DNA of 64,000 nt from a virus (taxonomy: Duplodnaviria > Caudoviricetes), in the IMG/VR virus record IMGVR_UViG_3300033121_000264, positions 32,001 to 96,000 of that record; one strand, written 5' to 3'. Below, piece after piece: positions 20,740-30,970 of this stretch. Within the stretch, counting starts at the first letter, position 1, and every line of letters begins with the position of its first letter. Position numbers and translations under genes: made by a program. The notes below the pieces were generated by a model, which searched no databases, had not been told where the DNA came from, and saw only the letters and a list, made by a program, of their open reading frames with translations.

Positions 20740-22155
20740 CTATTGATACGTCCAAGTGAGATTTGCGCTAAATCTACCATTTGATGGACTCCAACTGTCA
20801 TTATGTTCTGTCAAAAATACCTGTGATGTACTTGGTTTTACAGCATTAACTATAGCGGTAATATCTGGTTTATTACTAATATAATTAGCATAAGAGCATC
20901 CAGTTGGTGGGGCGACAATTGCTTCAATAGATAAACTACGTGTGGTTTCTGAAACTGTACGAATATCCTGTAATACTGGTCCTGCCGTTCTACCTAATAC
21001 TGGCATAATAGCAATTACATCTTTAGCATATTGTTCACTAATTGTAATAACTTCACTTAAAGCATTAGCAATACATGTACTTGGTCTAGTATCATATTCA
21101 TAATTATAATTAATAGTTCCAATAACTGGATTACGAGTCACCGTTCTAATAGCTGGTATAATATTTAAAGAAGTATTACTATAATTTTGTGCTCTAGTTA
21201 ATAATTGATTTTGAATACTATTCCATGCTCCACTAGCCGCTTGCCACTTAGTTTGAGTTAAAAGAAAACCATTATCTCTAGTTGATAGACCTTGAATACT
21301 ACCATTAATACTAACGCGAGTAATACCATCATCTACACTAGTCTTTGTTTCAACACTAAAATCTTCTGTAGCCCCAGATGTAGCTAAAATCCAATTTTCA
21401 CTAACACTAAATGAACCGGCTAGTTCATCAATATTCTGACTACGAATATGGTCAAAAGCCGCAAAACCTCCTAGTCCCATTGGTAAGTTAGTACCTGATA
21501 CAGCTTGCCAATCTATTCCTAAACGCGTTAATACCCACCCAGATGCTTCTTGCCAGCCTTGTCTTAAAATTGTGCCACTACTAGTATAGTGTAAACGTCC
21601 TACTGCACTTACGTTATGCGTTACTCTATAAGTAGCAGGAACAAGTTCATTTTGAGGTTCGGCCATTTCTACGACCCAATCCTCTTTTGCATCATTTAAG
21701 TAATAATCAAAAATGGCTTCTCCTGTTGGAGTCACCGCACAACTAATCTTATCGGCTTCTAAATTAATAGTATAGTCGGCAGTATTAAACCATTGACCTT
21801 CTGGCACATCAATACTAACAACTCTAGGATTACAAGTCATTGGGGTTGAACCATCTAGAGGTTCAATTGATAATAGTTTACCTTGTTGACTAAATAATTG
21901 ACGCAATGCTTGTTGTTTACTAATAAGTGATGCTAGTCTACCATCATGACCTATAATTTCATCATCTGGATAACCAGAACTAGTATGCCATGTTCCATTA
22001 CTAGTTGGACTACCTTTGTCAGCTACGAATTTACCGGTAAGCACAACATTATACGTATTACCTATAATCACATCGCCATTCTTATAATATGACTGTGAAA
22101 TATTAACTAATGGTGCTGGAATTAGATATTTGTTATTATATTTTACTACTCCCAT
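20740..22155 (-). CDS. Tail protein (distal-tail-like)
   Basis: Immediately downstream of the tape measure; repeated beta-rich units. Confidence 0.55.
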   Translation of the reverse strand: MGVVKYNNKYLIPAPLVNISQSYYKNGDVIIGNTYNVVLTGKFVADKGSPTSNGTWHTSSGYPDDEIIGHDGRLASLISKQQALRQLFSQQGKLLSIEPLDGSTPMTCNPRVVSIDVPEGQWFNTADYTINLEADKISCAVTPTGEAIFDYYLNDAKEDWVVEMAEPQNELVPATYRVTHNVSAVGRLHYTSSGTILRQGWQEASGWVLTRLGIDWQAVSGTNLPMGLGGFAAFDHIRSQNIDELAGSFSVSENWILATSGATEDFSVETKTSVDDGITRVSINGSIQGLSTRDNGFLLTQTKWQAASGAWNSIQNQLLTRAQNYSNTSLNIIPAIRTVTRNPVIGTINYNYEYDTRPSTCIANALSEVITISEQYAKDVIAIMPVLGRTAGPVLQDIRTVSETTRSLSIEAIVAPPTGCSYANYISNKPDITAIVNAVKPSTSQVFLTEHNDSWSPSNGRFSANLTWTYQ

Positions 22156-25100
22156 TATTTATCCTTTTTTTGACCTTTGGTTGTTGATGGTGTTTGTGGT
22201 CCTGGTCCCATTGCCGGTTTTAGTCCTGGAATCACTTTACTTAACTGGTCTGTAATTTGCGCCATAATAGCAGGAGCTAATATAGCTTCTAATCCTTTAA
22301 GAGCTTCTGCTCCTGTAATATTAACTTGAATTGGGTCAAATTTTCCAGCCAAATCAATAGATGATGGAATATATTTTAAAATTTCTGCTAGAGAAGTTGT
22401 ACTTTGTTGAAAATCTTTATTGAAAGTTAAGAAATTCTTATTTAATTCTTCTGGTAATTTATTTAATAATGGAGTCAAACCTTGTAAATAAGTATTATAA
22501 GCTGCTTTTCCTGCTCCAATAGATTTTGGCATTAATGAATTTATTGATACACCAGGACGTTCTGTATAATTAGGAGATTCTATATTTGGTTTAATTTCTC
22601 TTGGTAATTCTGGTCTTCCTATTGGAGACAGTGAATCAATAGGCACAGAATTATAAGGTCTAGTATTTCTATAGATATCAACAGTTTCTGGATTTGGAAT
22701 ATTTGGCACCACTCTTTGTGATGGTGGGATTACATATTTAGGTAAAGATGGTTTACCAATAGGAGTTAATGGATTTTTAACTTGGTCTGATAAATCAGCA
22801 TCTCTAGCAATTTTTTCTATTTCTTTTCTTTTTAAAATTTCTTGATAATTTTGTTCGGCAGCTTGTTGTTTAATCAATTCTGCGTTTCTATTAGCATTAG
22901 CTTCATCAATTTTAGCTTGTTGAGCGCGACTAATTGGTTTACCACTACGAGTAGTACCAACAATATCTGTTGATTTTTCTTCTGCCGGTAGTGTATTATC
23001 TGGCGTTTTTTCTTCTATTGCTTTTAATGGGTCTGTAAGTATTTTTTTCAATTCACCAATTATATCAGGAATTTGAAATTTTGGTAATGCAAATTTGAAT
23101 GCAGCAGCTTTACCAGCAGCAACATTAACAATTGGCGCTTTTTGTTTTACATCTCTTTGTGTATTATTAGGAGATTCTAAATTGATAACTGGTTCTTGAT
23201 TTTCTGAAACCAATTTTAACTCTTTAATAGCACCATAAATATCAGTTAGAATTTTATTTGCAATACCAGTGAAACCAGCAATTAGGTCTGTGCTTGCGCT
23301 TTGTTTTTGTTGTTCCCTTTGAGTCTTGTTGTCAAGAGCAGTTTGTTCTGCTGATTTTACAGAAATATCAGCAGCTTTCTTTGTTTGGTCTGCTTTTTGT
23401 CTATCAATATCAGATTGGGCACTAGATTTTGCTGCCGCGTCTTGCGCTTGAGTATTTGTTTTTCTAGCTTCTGCTAAATCAACATTTCCAACTTCTTTAC
23501 TTAATTTAAATAATATTGCTTTAGATTGTGGGTCTAATTCAAGAATTTGAGTAATTTGTGTATCTGTAAAACCTTGTGAACGTAAACCTTCTTTCAAAGT
23601 TTGTTCAGAAAATTTACTATTATTATCAATAGTGCGAGTAACAAGTTCTTGAACACGTTTATTAAAATACTCATTTCTATCTTGTGAGCCAATTTCAAAA
23701 GCTTTTGCGCTTACAGTATCACCAGTTTGTTTATGAACAAACTCTCCTCCTGGGCCACGTTGAAAATAATCTTCTTTATTGTAAAGACCTCTTTTTAATG
23801 TATCTTCTTTAATCTTATCAATTTCACCTTGTAGTGAAGTTTGGTCAATTAAACCACTAAACTTATTACTTAATGCTGATTGAATTTGAGAACCTTGGTC
23901 ACGTGTTGGGTCTAGCGTTACTCTTTCTTTTGTGGTTCTTAAATTGCGTAGTTTATCTCTAATTTCTTTTTGTTTATCTAATGTAGCAAATACATCAGCA
24001 TTTTGAGCTACACGTTCGGCATTAACACCAGTAACAGAAGCGGGGTCAACACCAACACCTTTTAATCTTCTATTAAGGTCTTCTTTCTTTTGTACAACGC
24101 TTAATGACTTATCAGCAATTTCTTGTCTGCTCTTAGTTTCACTTTCAGAACGTCTAGCCTGCGCTTCCGCCATACTTGCTTCAAAAGTATTACGTAATGA
24201 TTCAAAACCACCAGTCAAAGTAACATCAAGAGCATCTAATTTTTGAGCTTCTAAATTGGTTAATGCGTTTTGAGCCTTTACCATTTCTTTTTGTTGTTCA
24301 ACAATAGCTCTTTGAAGCGTAATTTCTTCTTTATTAGAATTGATTAAAAGTTTTGCATCTTCTTTACCAACAAGAGCGCCAAGTCTATTTTGTTTAACTT
24401 CATTAGCAGATTTTCCACCTAATGTCGCAAGTTTCTTGTCGCCTGCCCCCATTTCAATTACTTGGTCTAAGAATTGTAGAGCTGAACCTTCTTGTTCAGA
24501 TGAGCCAATAGCGTTAGGATTATTAGCAATAACTCTAGCATTTTGAGCACTCTTAGCAAATTCTTTTCTGCCTTCTCTACCACCGAAAGCTAGATTAGTA
24601 GCAGCAGATAGCTGTGTCTTACGTTTGTTTTCGGCAGTAGCTAATTCGGTTTGTAATGCAGTTAAAACTTCTGTGCTAGTAGCTTGGTCATTTAAAGCCG
24701 ATAGAAGGTGCTGTAACTCGTTTTCTGTGCCGGCAATACTTTTACTTAATGTTTCAAATTCTTTACTAGCCGGATTTGCTTTGTTTCTTTGATTTTGTAA
24801 ATCTAGTATTCTAGCTCTTTTTGAAGAAATAGCATCGGCAATTGCGTCGGAAGACTCTCCACCGTTTAGTCCACCTTTGCGTAATCTTCTATTTTGACTA
24901 ATACTTACAGAACTTCTAGCATCTTTAGAAGAAAGGTCACTATTGAATTTATTTGTTCCAATTAGTCCAGCTTGACGGTTTGCCTTAAATCTACTGGTAG
25001 CAGCACTTATACTAAGGTCTGTTACCTTTTGCTCAATAGTATTACGTTGTTGTAGCATAGCAATTAATGCATTTGCATTATTTTTAGCAATTTCCGCCGC

Positions 25101-28100
25101 ACCATTTAATGACTCAAGATATAGGGCAGTTCCTTCTGTTAGGTCTTTAGCAAATTTTTCAGTATTAGAACGAATTTCATCAATAAACTTGCTATCACCA
25201 CTATCGTCTGCTAAAAATTCATCTAGCTTTAATTGAATGCTTGATTTTAATTCTTTTGGGAAATCAGCAATACCATCTTCAACTGCGGCAGCAAAACCAG
25301 CTAAAGGAGTTTTATCACCACCAGTATCAGATAGTGGACCAGCTTCTAACGCTTTACGTAATACATCCGGTAATGATTGTGCTGCACCCGCTGACGCTCC
25401 TAGTCTTTCAGCTAAACCATTTCCACCACCACCAATTAGTTGTGTTAGAGCTTTAGTTAAATCGGCAGGATTAGCTTCTAAACCCTTACCAATAATTTCA
25501 CTCATATTAGAATCAAATTGTAGATTCTGAAAATCATTAGCTATAATATTAGCTTTATTTGTGAATTTTTGTAACGCATTAGTAGAATCATTAAATGCTT
25601 TTACTACATTATTTACATATTGAGCGTCTTGATATGTAGCAGCAAGAGAAGCATTAATTTGATTTTGCAAATTAGCGGCTTTGTTTTGAGATTCAATTGT
25701 TTTCTTAAATTGTTCTTCAACTTCTACAATTGGAACATTAGCCAATAAAGAAATAGTTTCAATTAAACTTTTACCAAGACCGTTGCTAGCAGATTTAAAC
25801 TCGCCAATACTCTTAACTGAGCTGGCAAGTTTATCAGCGAAGCCTTGAATTCCAGGTAGTTGTCCTTGGGCCTTCGTTAAAGTTTCTTGTTTTTGTTCTG
25901 GTGTTGCATTTAGTACATTACGTTGTAAAGTGTCTATTTGATTTCCGACTGTTACTTTATCAAAACCGCTAACAGTTGTACCTTTATTGATTCTTTCTAA
26001 AGTTTTATCTAATCTTTCAAATTGCTGACTAATAGCAATACTTTTCATTTGTTCAGTAGCTTCTTTTGTGGCATTAGTAAATCCTGTAATACCACCAATA
26101 GCTCCACCGATAACTGCTCCACCTAATGTTCCTAACGGACCTAAGAATGAACCAACAGCAGCACCCATAGCAGCGCCAGAACCAGCGCCGCCTAATAATC
26201 CACCATAACCGGCATTTGTTACATCTTTTTGTGTGCCTTTACCAGCTTGGATATTTGCAAACGCTGGTTTAGAAAATTTACTCTCTCCAACAACGGATGC
26301 TACGATACCTAGTCCAGCACCAATACCGCCAGCACCCTCTGCTACCCTACCTAATTTTGCTTGACGCAATTGAGCCTGTCTTAATGGGGCGCGTTTATTA
26401 GTATTTCGTTTTGTACGTTGTGCTTGACGGGTAAATGCACCCAAAGTATCTGGTGTTGGATTAGCCTTATAATCTTCATATCTGGTTTTTAATCTAGCAA
26501 AACTACGATTAGTCGAGCCAGATAATTTAGATTGAATTTTATTAACCTTTTCAGTGTTTTCTTTAAATCCACCTAGACTCTTACCTGCTGCACCAGCAAT
26601 TCCAGCCATTACTGTAAACTGAGTAATAGCTGTTGACATTTCTTCACTTAATCCACCGAACATAGATGTAATTTGAGGAAGAACAAATAATAATGGAGTT
26701 AATTTACTTAGGTCTGCTCCACCGCCACCAGTAGCAACCTTGCCACCACCAGCAAATTTACGTACTACGCCACCCTTAGCATATTTTTGTACACGCATAG
26801 CGTCTAGATTATTATAACCTACACGTTGTGCAGTACCTTTATCTAATACATATTCACCTGGGGTAAGTAGGGCTGGAACTGTGTCTGTGCCAACACCTGT
26901 AATATCACCACCTTCTGCCTTCTTTTGCGGTGGTTTATATTGTGTTCTATTACGAGTAGCATGAAATGCTTGCGCCGGAGTGAATTTTAGTTTAACTAAA
27001 TCTTTATTATGTTGGGCACTAGTTTTAGAATCATTATCTGGATTAGTAAGATAATCTCGTCGTATAGCTGTTAAAACTGTGTTTTTCACCTTTTTCGCAA
27101 CACTTTTTTCCTGACCAGTAACGGTGCGTTTAGCATCAGTTGGAACATTACCTAAGGATGCATCATCATAAACTTTTTCAGTAAAATTGGCTCCAAGTCC
27201 ACCAACAAAATCAAAAGCGTCCGTTGAAACATTTTTAGTGAATGGAGCGCCAGCAGTATTTAATGCCGCTTCAAACAAATTCCCACTCATTTGTTCAAAA
27301 TTAAATTTTCGTATATCTTTAGCTGACAATGGGTGTGATACTATACCCATAGTATCTAAAACGCGTTTACCTTCATTATTAGCAATATCTTTTAATCTAT
27401 GAGCTATATTATTCTCAAATCTTTTACCATGTGGAGCTTTAATTGTTCCAGTATATAAAGTATATTCTAATTGTCCTCTTGCATTTAGACCATAAGCATC
27501 TTTTTGTGCTTGACTTAAATTTGAAATTGGTAAAGATAGTTGTCCTTTTTTTGGTTTAACGTCCTTTTTATTTGGTAATAAACCAACAAGAGCAAAACGT
27601 CTATCTATAGACGCGGCTTTAATTGCAGAATGAGATAGCTCATCACCAATTTTTTTATTAATACCTTTATTTAATGCTCTTTCTTCTTTTTCTTTTGCTG
27701 ATAATTTACTAACACCTTTTTCGCTACCTTTACCATATTTACGTACAGTGCCACCTTTATGTAAAGCTGCAATATTTCCAGCCCCATAAGCCTGTACAGC
27801 GCTAGTAGGTAATACATATTCTCCAGGAGTTAAAAGAGCAGGAACAGTATCTCTGTTACCAAATCCTGGTACTAAACCTCCTCTAGCGAACTTGCGTGGA
27901 ACCTGTCTAGCAATACCACCAGGCCCAATTATAGTTTTAGTTGTTGCGGCTATACTAGCTTTTAATGCGCTAGATAAATTATTAATTTGTGTAGCTAAAT
28001 TATTAAGAGCTGTAGTATTAGCACTAATAGCCCCACTTTGATTAGCATTGGCCGTAGCAGCGCTAGCTTGTACAGTATTCAATTTATTATTAGTTGAACT

Positions 28101-29615
28101 AGCGCTTTGAGTACCGCTATTAGCCTTTCCTAAAAAGCCGGTAGAGAATTGTTTAAGTCCTGCCCCAAGTTTAATAGCTCCAATTGCAGTAAACATTGGG
28201 ATTAATGGAGTAAGTGATTGGCCTACTGTAATTAGGTTATCTGCAATTTTAAGAGTTAGACCTAAGAATCCTTGAATAGCAGTATTATCACCTATTGTAC
28301 GGAACAACTCAAAGAATCTTTCACGTAACTTAGTAAGTTGTACTAACAATGATTGTTGTGCAGTTACAGCGTCTCTTGTTAAGCTTCCACGACCACGTTG
28401 AGCAACAGCTAATGCCTTTTCAGCAGTAGCGAATTGTTGAATTAATGGAATAACTTTAGATACTTGACGGAAACCACCAAGTTCTTCAATAATCTGGGCG
28501 AATCTTGGGTCATTACCAGGAATTTCAGATAAAGCATCACTTAAACGTCTAACAGCTTCATATGGGCCTACGAATCTTCCTTGAAGGTCTAATAACTCAA
28601 CTCCAAGGTCACGTAAGAAATTAAGAGTTTTAGGACGTTGAATACGAGTAAAGATTGTACGGAAACCAGTAGCAATAGTTTCGGCAGATTCTCTAGTTGT
28701 TTGACGTACTGATGTGAACAATGCAATGAATTCTTCTAATGAGCCTCCGGCAGCTTGGAATGCGGCACCAGAACGACGTACAGCGGTTACGATGTCTTGT
28801 GATTCTACAGCGAATGCAGCGGCCACACTATTGAATGAGCCAAGCGTTGATTCTAAATCTTCTACGCCAATTTTGAATTGACGCATAGAAGCAATAACGC
28901 CTTCTACTGTGTCTTCAATTTTACCGAAAGTTGGAGCTAATTTAGTTTTAGCAAGAGCTTCTAATGCTACCTTAACTTCTCCGGCACTCAAACCGGCCTG
29001 AGCTAAAGTATCAGATACGGCCAATAATTCTTGAGAAGATACGCCAAGAGTTGTAGCAAGTCTTGTAATTTCAGCGGTTAAACCACCAAGATTTTTAACA
29101 GAAGTACCTGTAATTTGAGAAACTCTTACTAAACCATGTTGGAATAGAATAGCTTCTTGAATACCTGATTTCATAGCTGTAGTTAAAGCAATTACAGCAG
29201 AAGTAGCAACTGAGAATGCAGCAATACGTTTAATAGCAAAAGCAGATTGTTGACCAAGCCTTGTCATACCTGATGCAGTCTGATTAGCCGCCTTAGCTGT
29301 AGCAGCCATAGCTTTTTGATTAGCTTGAGCAGTTTTTGTAATTTGCCCAAGTTGCTTTAGATTGCCACCAAGAGTTTTATTTAATTGACTAATTTGTTGA
29401 TTTAAAACTACAGCGGCTCCAGCAGCACTCTTTAGACGTTGTTCAGTAATACCTAATGCTTTATTTATATTATCTAGTTTACCCTTGGTTGATGGGTCTA
29501 GTTTAAGTGTTACATTCGCCTTAACATTACTCAACTGTTTCTGTAGCTGACTAATGACTGGGCGAAGATTTTGATTCCGTACTGCTAATTCACAAGTTAA
29601 AACAAATTTAGCCAT
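22155..29615 (-). CDS. Tail tape measure protein (TP901-type core)
   Basis: 2486 aa, Ala/Gln/Lys helical; LAQAG...RESAETIATGFRTIFTRI core; glycine-zipper segment; position after the tail tube and chaperones. Confidence 0.92.
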   Translation of the reverse strand: MAKFVLTCELAVRNQNLRPVISQLQKQLSNVKANVTLKLDPSTKGKLDNINKALGITEQRLKSAAGAAVVLNQQISQLNKTLGGNLKQLGQITKTAQANQKAMAATAKAANQTASGMTRLGQQSAFAIKRIAAFSVATSAVIALTTAMKSGIQEAILFQHGLVRVSQITGTSVKNLGGLTAEITRLATTLGVSSQELLAVSDTLAQAGLSAGEVKVALEALAKTKLAPTFGKIEDTVEGVIASMRQFKIGVEDLESTLGSFNSVAAAFAVESQDIVTAVRRSGAAFQAAGGSLEEFIALFTSVRQTTRESAETIATGFRTIFTRIQRPKTLNFLRDLGVELLDLQGRFVGPYEAVRRLSDALSEIPGNDPRFAQIIEELGGFRQVSKVIPLIQQFATAEKALAVAQRGRGSLTRDAVTAQQSLLVQLTKLRERFFELFRTIGDNTAIQGFLGLTLKIADNLITVGQSLTPLIPMFTAIGAIKLGAGLKQFSTGFLGKANSGTQSASSTNNKLNTVQASAATANANQSGAISANTTALNNLATQINNLSSALKASIAATTKTIIGPGGIARQVPRKFARGGLVPGFGNRDTVPALLTPGEYVLPTSAVQAYGAGNIAALHKGGTVRKYGKGSEKGVSKLSAKEKEERALNKGINKKIGDELSHSAIKAASIDRRFALVGLLPNKKDVKPKKGQLSLPISNLSQAQKDAYGLNARGQLEYTLYTGTIKAPHGKRFENNIAHRLKDIANNEGKRVLDTMGIVSHPLSAKDIRKFNFEQMSGNLFEAALNTAGAPFTKNVSTDAFDFVGGLGANFTEKVYDDASLGNVPTDAKRTVTGQEKSVAKKVKNTVLTAIRRDYLTNPDNDSKTSAQHNKDLVKLKFTPAQAFHATRNRTQYKPPQKKAEGGDITGVGTDTVPALLTPGEYVLDKGTAQRVGYNNLDAMRVQKYAKGGVVRKFAGGGKVATGGGGADLSKLTPLLFVLPQITSMFGGLSEEMSTAITQFTVMAGIAGAAGKSLGGFKENTEKVNKIQSKLSGSTNRSFARLKTRYEDYKANPTPDTLGAFTRQAQRTKRNTNKRAPLRQAQLRQAKLGRVAEGAGGIGAGLGIVASVVGESKFSKPAFANIQAGKGTQKDVTNAGYGGLLGGAGSGAAMGAAVGSFLGPLGTLGGAVIGGAIGGITGFTNATKEATEQMKSIAISQQFERLDKTLERINKGTTVSGFDKVTVGNQIDTLQRNVLNATPEQKQETLTKAQGQLPGIQGFADKLASSVKSIGEFKSASNGLGKSLIETISLLANVPIVEVEEQFKKTIESQNKAANLQNQINASLAATYQDAQYVNNVVKAFNDSTNALQKFTNKANIIANDFQNLQFDSNMSEIIGKGLEANPADLTKALTQLIGGGGNGLAERLGASAGAAQSLPDVLRKALEAGPLSDTGGDKTPLAGFAAAVEDGIADFPKELKSSIQLKLDEFLADDSGDSKFIDEIRSNTEKFAKDLTEGTALYLESLNGAAEIAKNNANALIAMLQQRNTIEQKVTDLSISAATSRFKANRQAGLIGTNKFNSDLSSKDARSSVSISQNRRLRKGGLNGGESSDAIADAISSKRARILDLQNQRNKANPASKEFETLSKSIAGTENELQHLLSALNDQATSTEVLTALQTELATAENKRKTQLSAATNLAFGGREGRKEFAKSAQNARVIANNPNAIGSSEQEGSALQFLDQVIEMGAGDKKLATLGGKSANEVKQNRLGALVGKEDAKLLINSNKEEITLQRAIVEQQKEMVKAQNALTNLEAQKLDALDVTLTGGFESLRNTFEASMAEAQARRSESETKSRQEIADKSLSVVQKKEDLNRRLKGVGVDPASVTGVNAERVAQNADVFATLDKQKEIRDKLRNLRTTKERVTLDPTRDQGSQIQSALSNKFSGLIDQTSLQGEIDKIKEDTLKRGLYNKEDYFQRGPGGEFVHKQTGDTVSAKAFEIGSQDRNEYFNKRVQELVTRTIDNNSKFSEQTLKEGLRSQGFTDTQITQILELDPQSKAILFKLSKEVGNVDLAEARKTNTQAQDAAAKSSAQSDIDRQKADQTKKAADISVKSAEQTALDNKTQREQQKQSASTDLIAGFTGIANKILTDIYGAIKELKLVSENQEPVINLESPNNTQRDVKQKAPIVNVAAGKAAAFKFALPKFQIPDIIGELKKILTDPLKAIEEKTPDNTLPAEEKSTDIVGTTRSGKPISRAQQAKIDEANANRNAELIKQQAAEQNYQEILKRKEIEKIARDADLSDQVKNPLTPIGKPSLPKYVIPPSQRVVPNIPNPETVDIYRNTRPYNSVPIDSLSPIGRPELPREIKPNIESPNYTERPGVSINSLMPKSIGAGKAAYNTYLQGLTPLLNKLPEELNKNFLTFNKDFQQSTTSLAEILKYIPSSIDLAGKFDPIQVNITGAEALKGLEAILAPAIMAQITDQLSKVIPGLKPAMGPGPQTPSTTKGQKKDK

Positions 29616-29629
29616 GCTTATTAACCCTT

Positions 29630-29672
29630 AAAAAGAAAGAGGTTAGCCCACTTTTAACGATGAACTAACCTC
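29630..29672 (-). terminator. Hairpin plus U-tract just upstream of the tape measure start
   Basis: Minus strand GAGGTTAG...CTAACCTC followed by TTTCTTTTT. Confidence 0.55.
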
Positions 29673-29720
29673 GAAACATTCTATCCACGACTATCCATTT
29701 CTCGGCTTTTCCCTAATAGA

Positions 29721-30521
29721 TTATACACCTTGGGCCACAGGAGCAGGACTTTCAGCGACTTCTAAAGGATTACCATCATCATCAAGGAATGGTACTGTTT
29801 CTACCTTTTCAGGCATAATTCTCTTACCTTCTGAATCTAGGTAATAACCTTCGGAATCTACTCTTTTTCCAGACCTATCCGTAAAATTACCATCTTTATC
29901 AACAAAGCGTAACTTGTCATCTACGAATTTAAACTTCTTAAGGAATTGATTTTCTGGTAGACTTGATTCATAATCGGCATCTACACCATAAATAATTTGC
30001 ATTAGTTTACTTGCCGCTAGCGAAGTCGCAACTTCATTAGAACGTTCGTAATAATCATTTAAATCCTTAAAGTAACGTCTACCATCACTATATAGAGTGC
30101 AAGCACTAACCAAGTAATCAAACTTAGCATTTTCAGCAACTCCTTCTGCCGTATTAGAATCTAGTGCAGTACGAGCAGTATATAGTTCTCGTAGTTGAGA
30201 ACGAATATCATGTACTTCTAAAGCTAGTTGTTTAGCTAGACTTAGTTTAATTCCACCCTTTTCAATAGCGGCTAGTTTTTCATTACGTTGATTAATCAAG
30301 TCCACTTCTTTAGCAATCTGTTCTGGACCCCATAATCCTTGACGTTCAAGTTCTTCTTCTAACTTATCACGTAATAGAACTCCAGCCTTCACAGCTTTAG
30401 CAAAAGCAGTACGGTATTGTAAGTTAGCATCTTGAGACACTTGAGCATTTGGTGATACTACTACAAGTTCAACTTCCTTATCATCCACAGTCACCTTAAA
30501 CGTTTCTTTAGCCATTGTCAT
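29721..30521 (-). CDS. Putative tail assembly chaperone
   Basis: Directly upstream of the tape measure; helical and acidic. Confidence 0.5.
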   Translation of the reverse strand: MTMAKETFKVTVDDKEVELVVVSPNAQVSQDANLQYRTAFAKAVKAGVLLRDKLEEELERQGLWGPEQIAKEVDLINQRNEKLAAIEKGGIKLSLAKQLALEVHDIRSQLRELYTARTALDSNTAEGVAENAKFDYLVSACTLYSDGRRYFKDLNDYYERSNEVATSLAASKLMQIIYGVDADYESSLPENQFLKKFKFVDDKLRFVDKDGNFTDRSGKRVDSEGYYLDSEGKRIMPEKVETVPFLDDDGNPLEVAESPAPVAQGV

Positions 30522-30969
30522 CCTCCCGTTTTCTATTAATATAGTCTTGTCTTGTCATTCCTTCTGGTAATACTTTTAAGTCCATACGATAACGATTCCA
30601 GTGTACGGTATACGTATCTAATTCATTTAATACAGCTTTAAGCTGATTATTTCCATTAGTTAAAATCCTATCTCTAGTTTCATTCCAGATTTCCCTAAAA
30701 ATTTCCTCACTAAAACCATTAGCTTCTAAACATTCCTTTAATTGTTTAACTAGCATATTATTACTATTATAGTTGCTATCACCCCATAAGAATCCAAATC
30801 TTCGTTCAAATTCGCTTAATGCTCCAACAAATGTGGTTTTTGACTTAGTTTCAATAGTTTTAGTTAAACGTTTCTTTGAATCTTCTAAATACTTTTTAGC
30901 TAATTCATCTTTGTTTGGTTTTTTATAACTATTACGAATTTCTTCTAAACTTCTATAATCTTTGTCCAT
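30508..30969 (-). CDS. Hypothetical protein (tail region)
   Basis: Coupled ORF in the tail operon. Confidence 0.55.
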   Translation of the reverse strand: MDKDYRSLEEIRNSYKKPNKDELAKKYLEDSKKRLTKTIETKSKTTFVGALSEFERRFGFLWGDSNYNSNNMLVKQLKECLEANGFSEEIFREIWNETRDRILTNGNNQLKAVLNELDTYTVHWNRYRMDLKVLPEGMTRQDYINRKREDDNG

Positions 30970-30970
30970 A

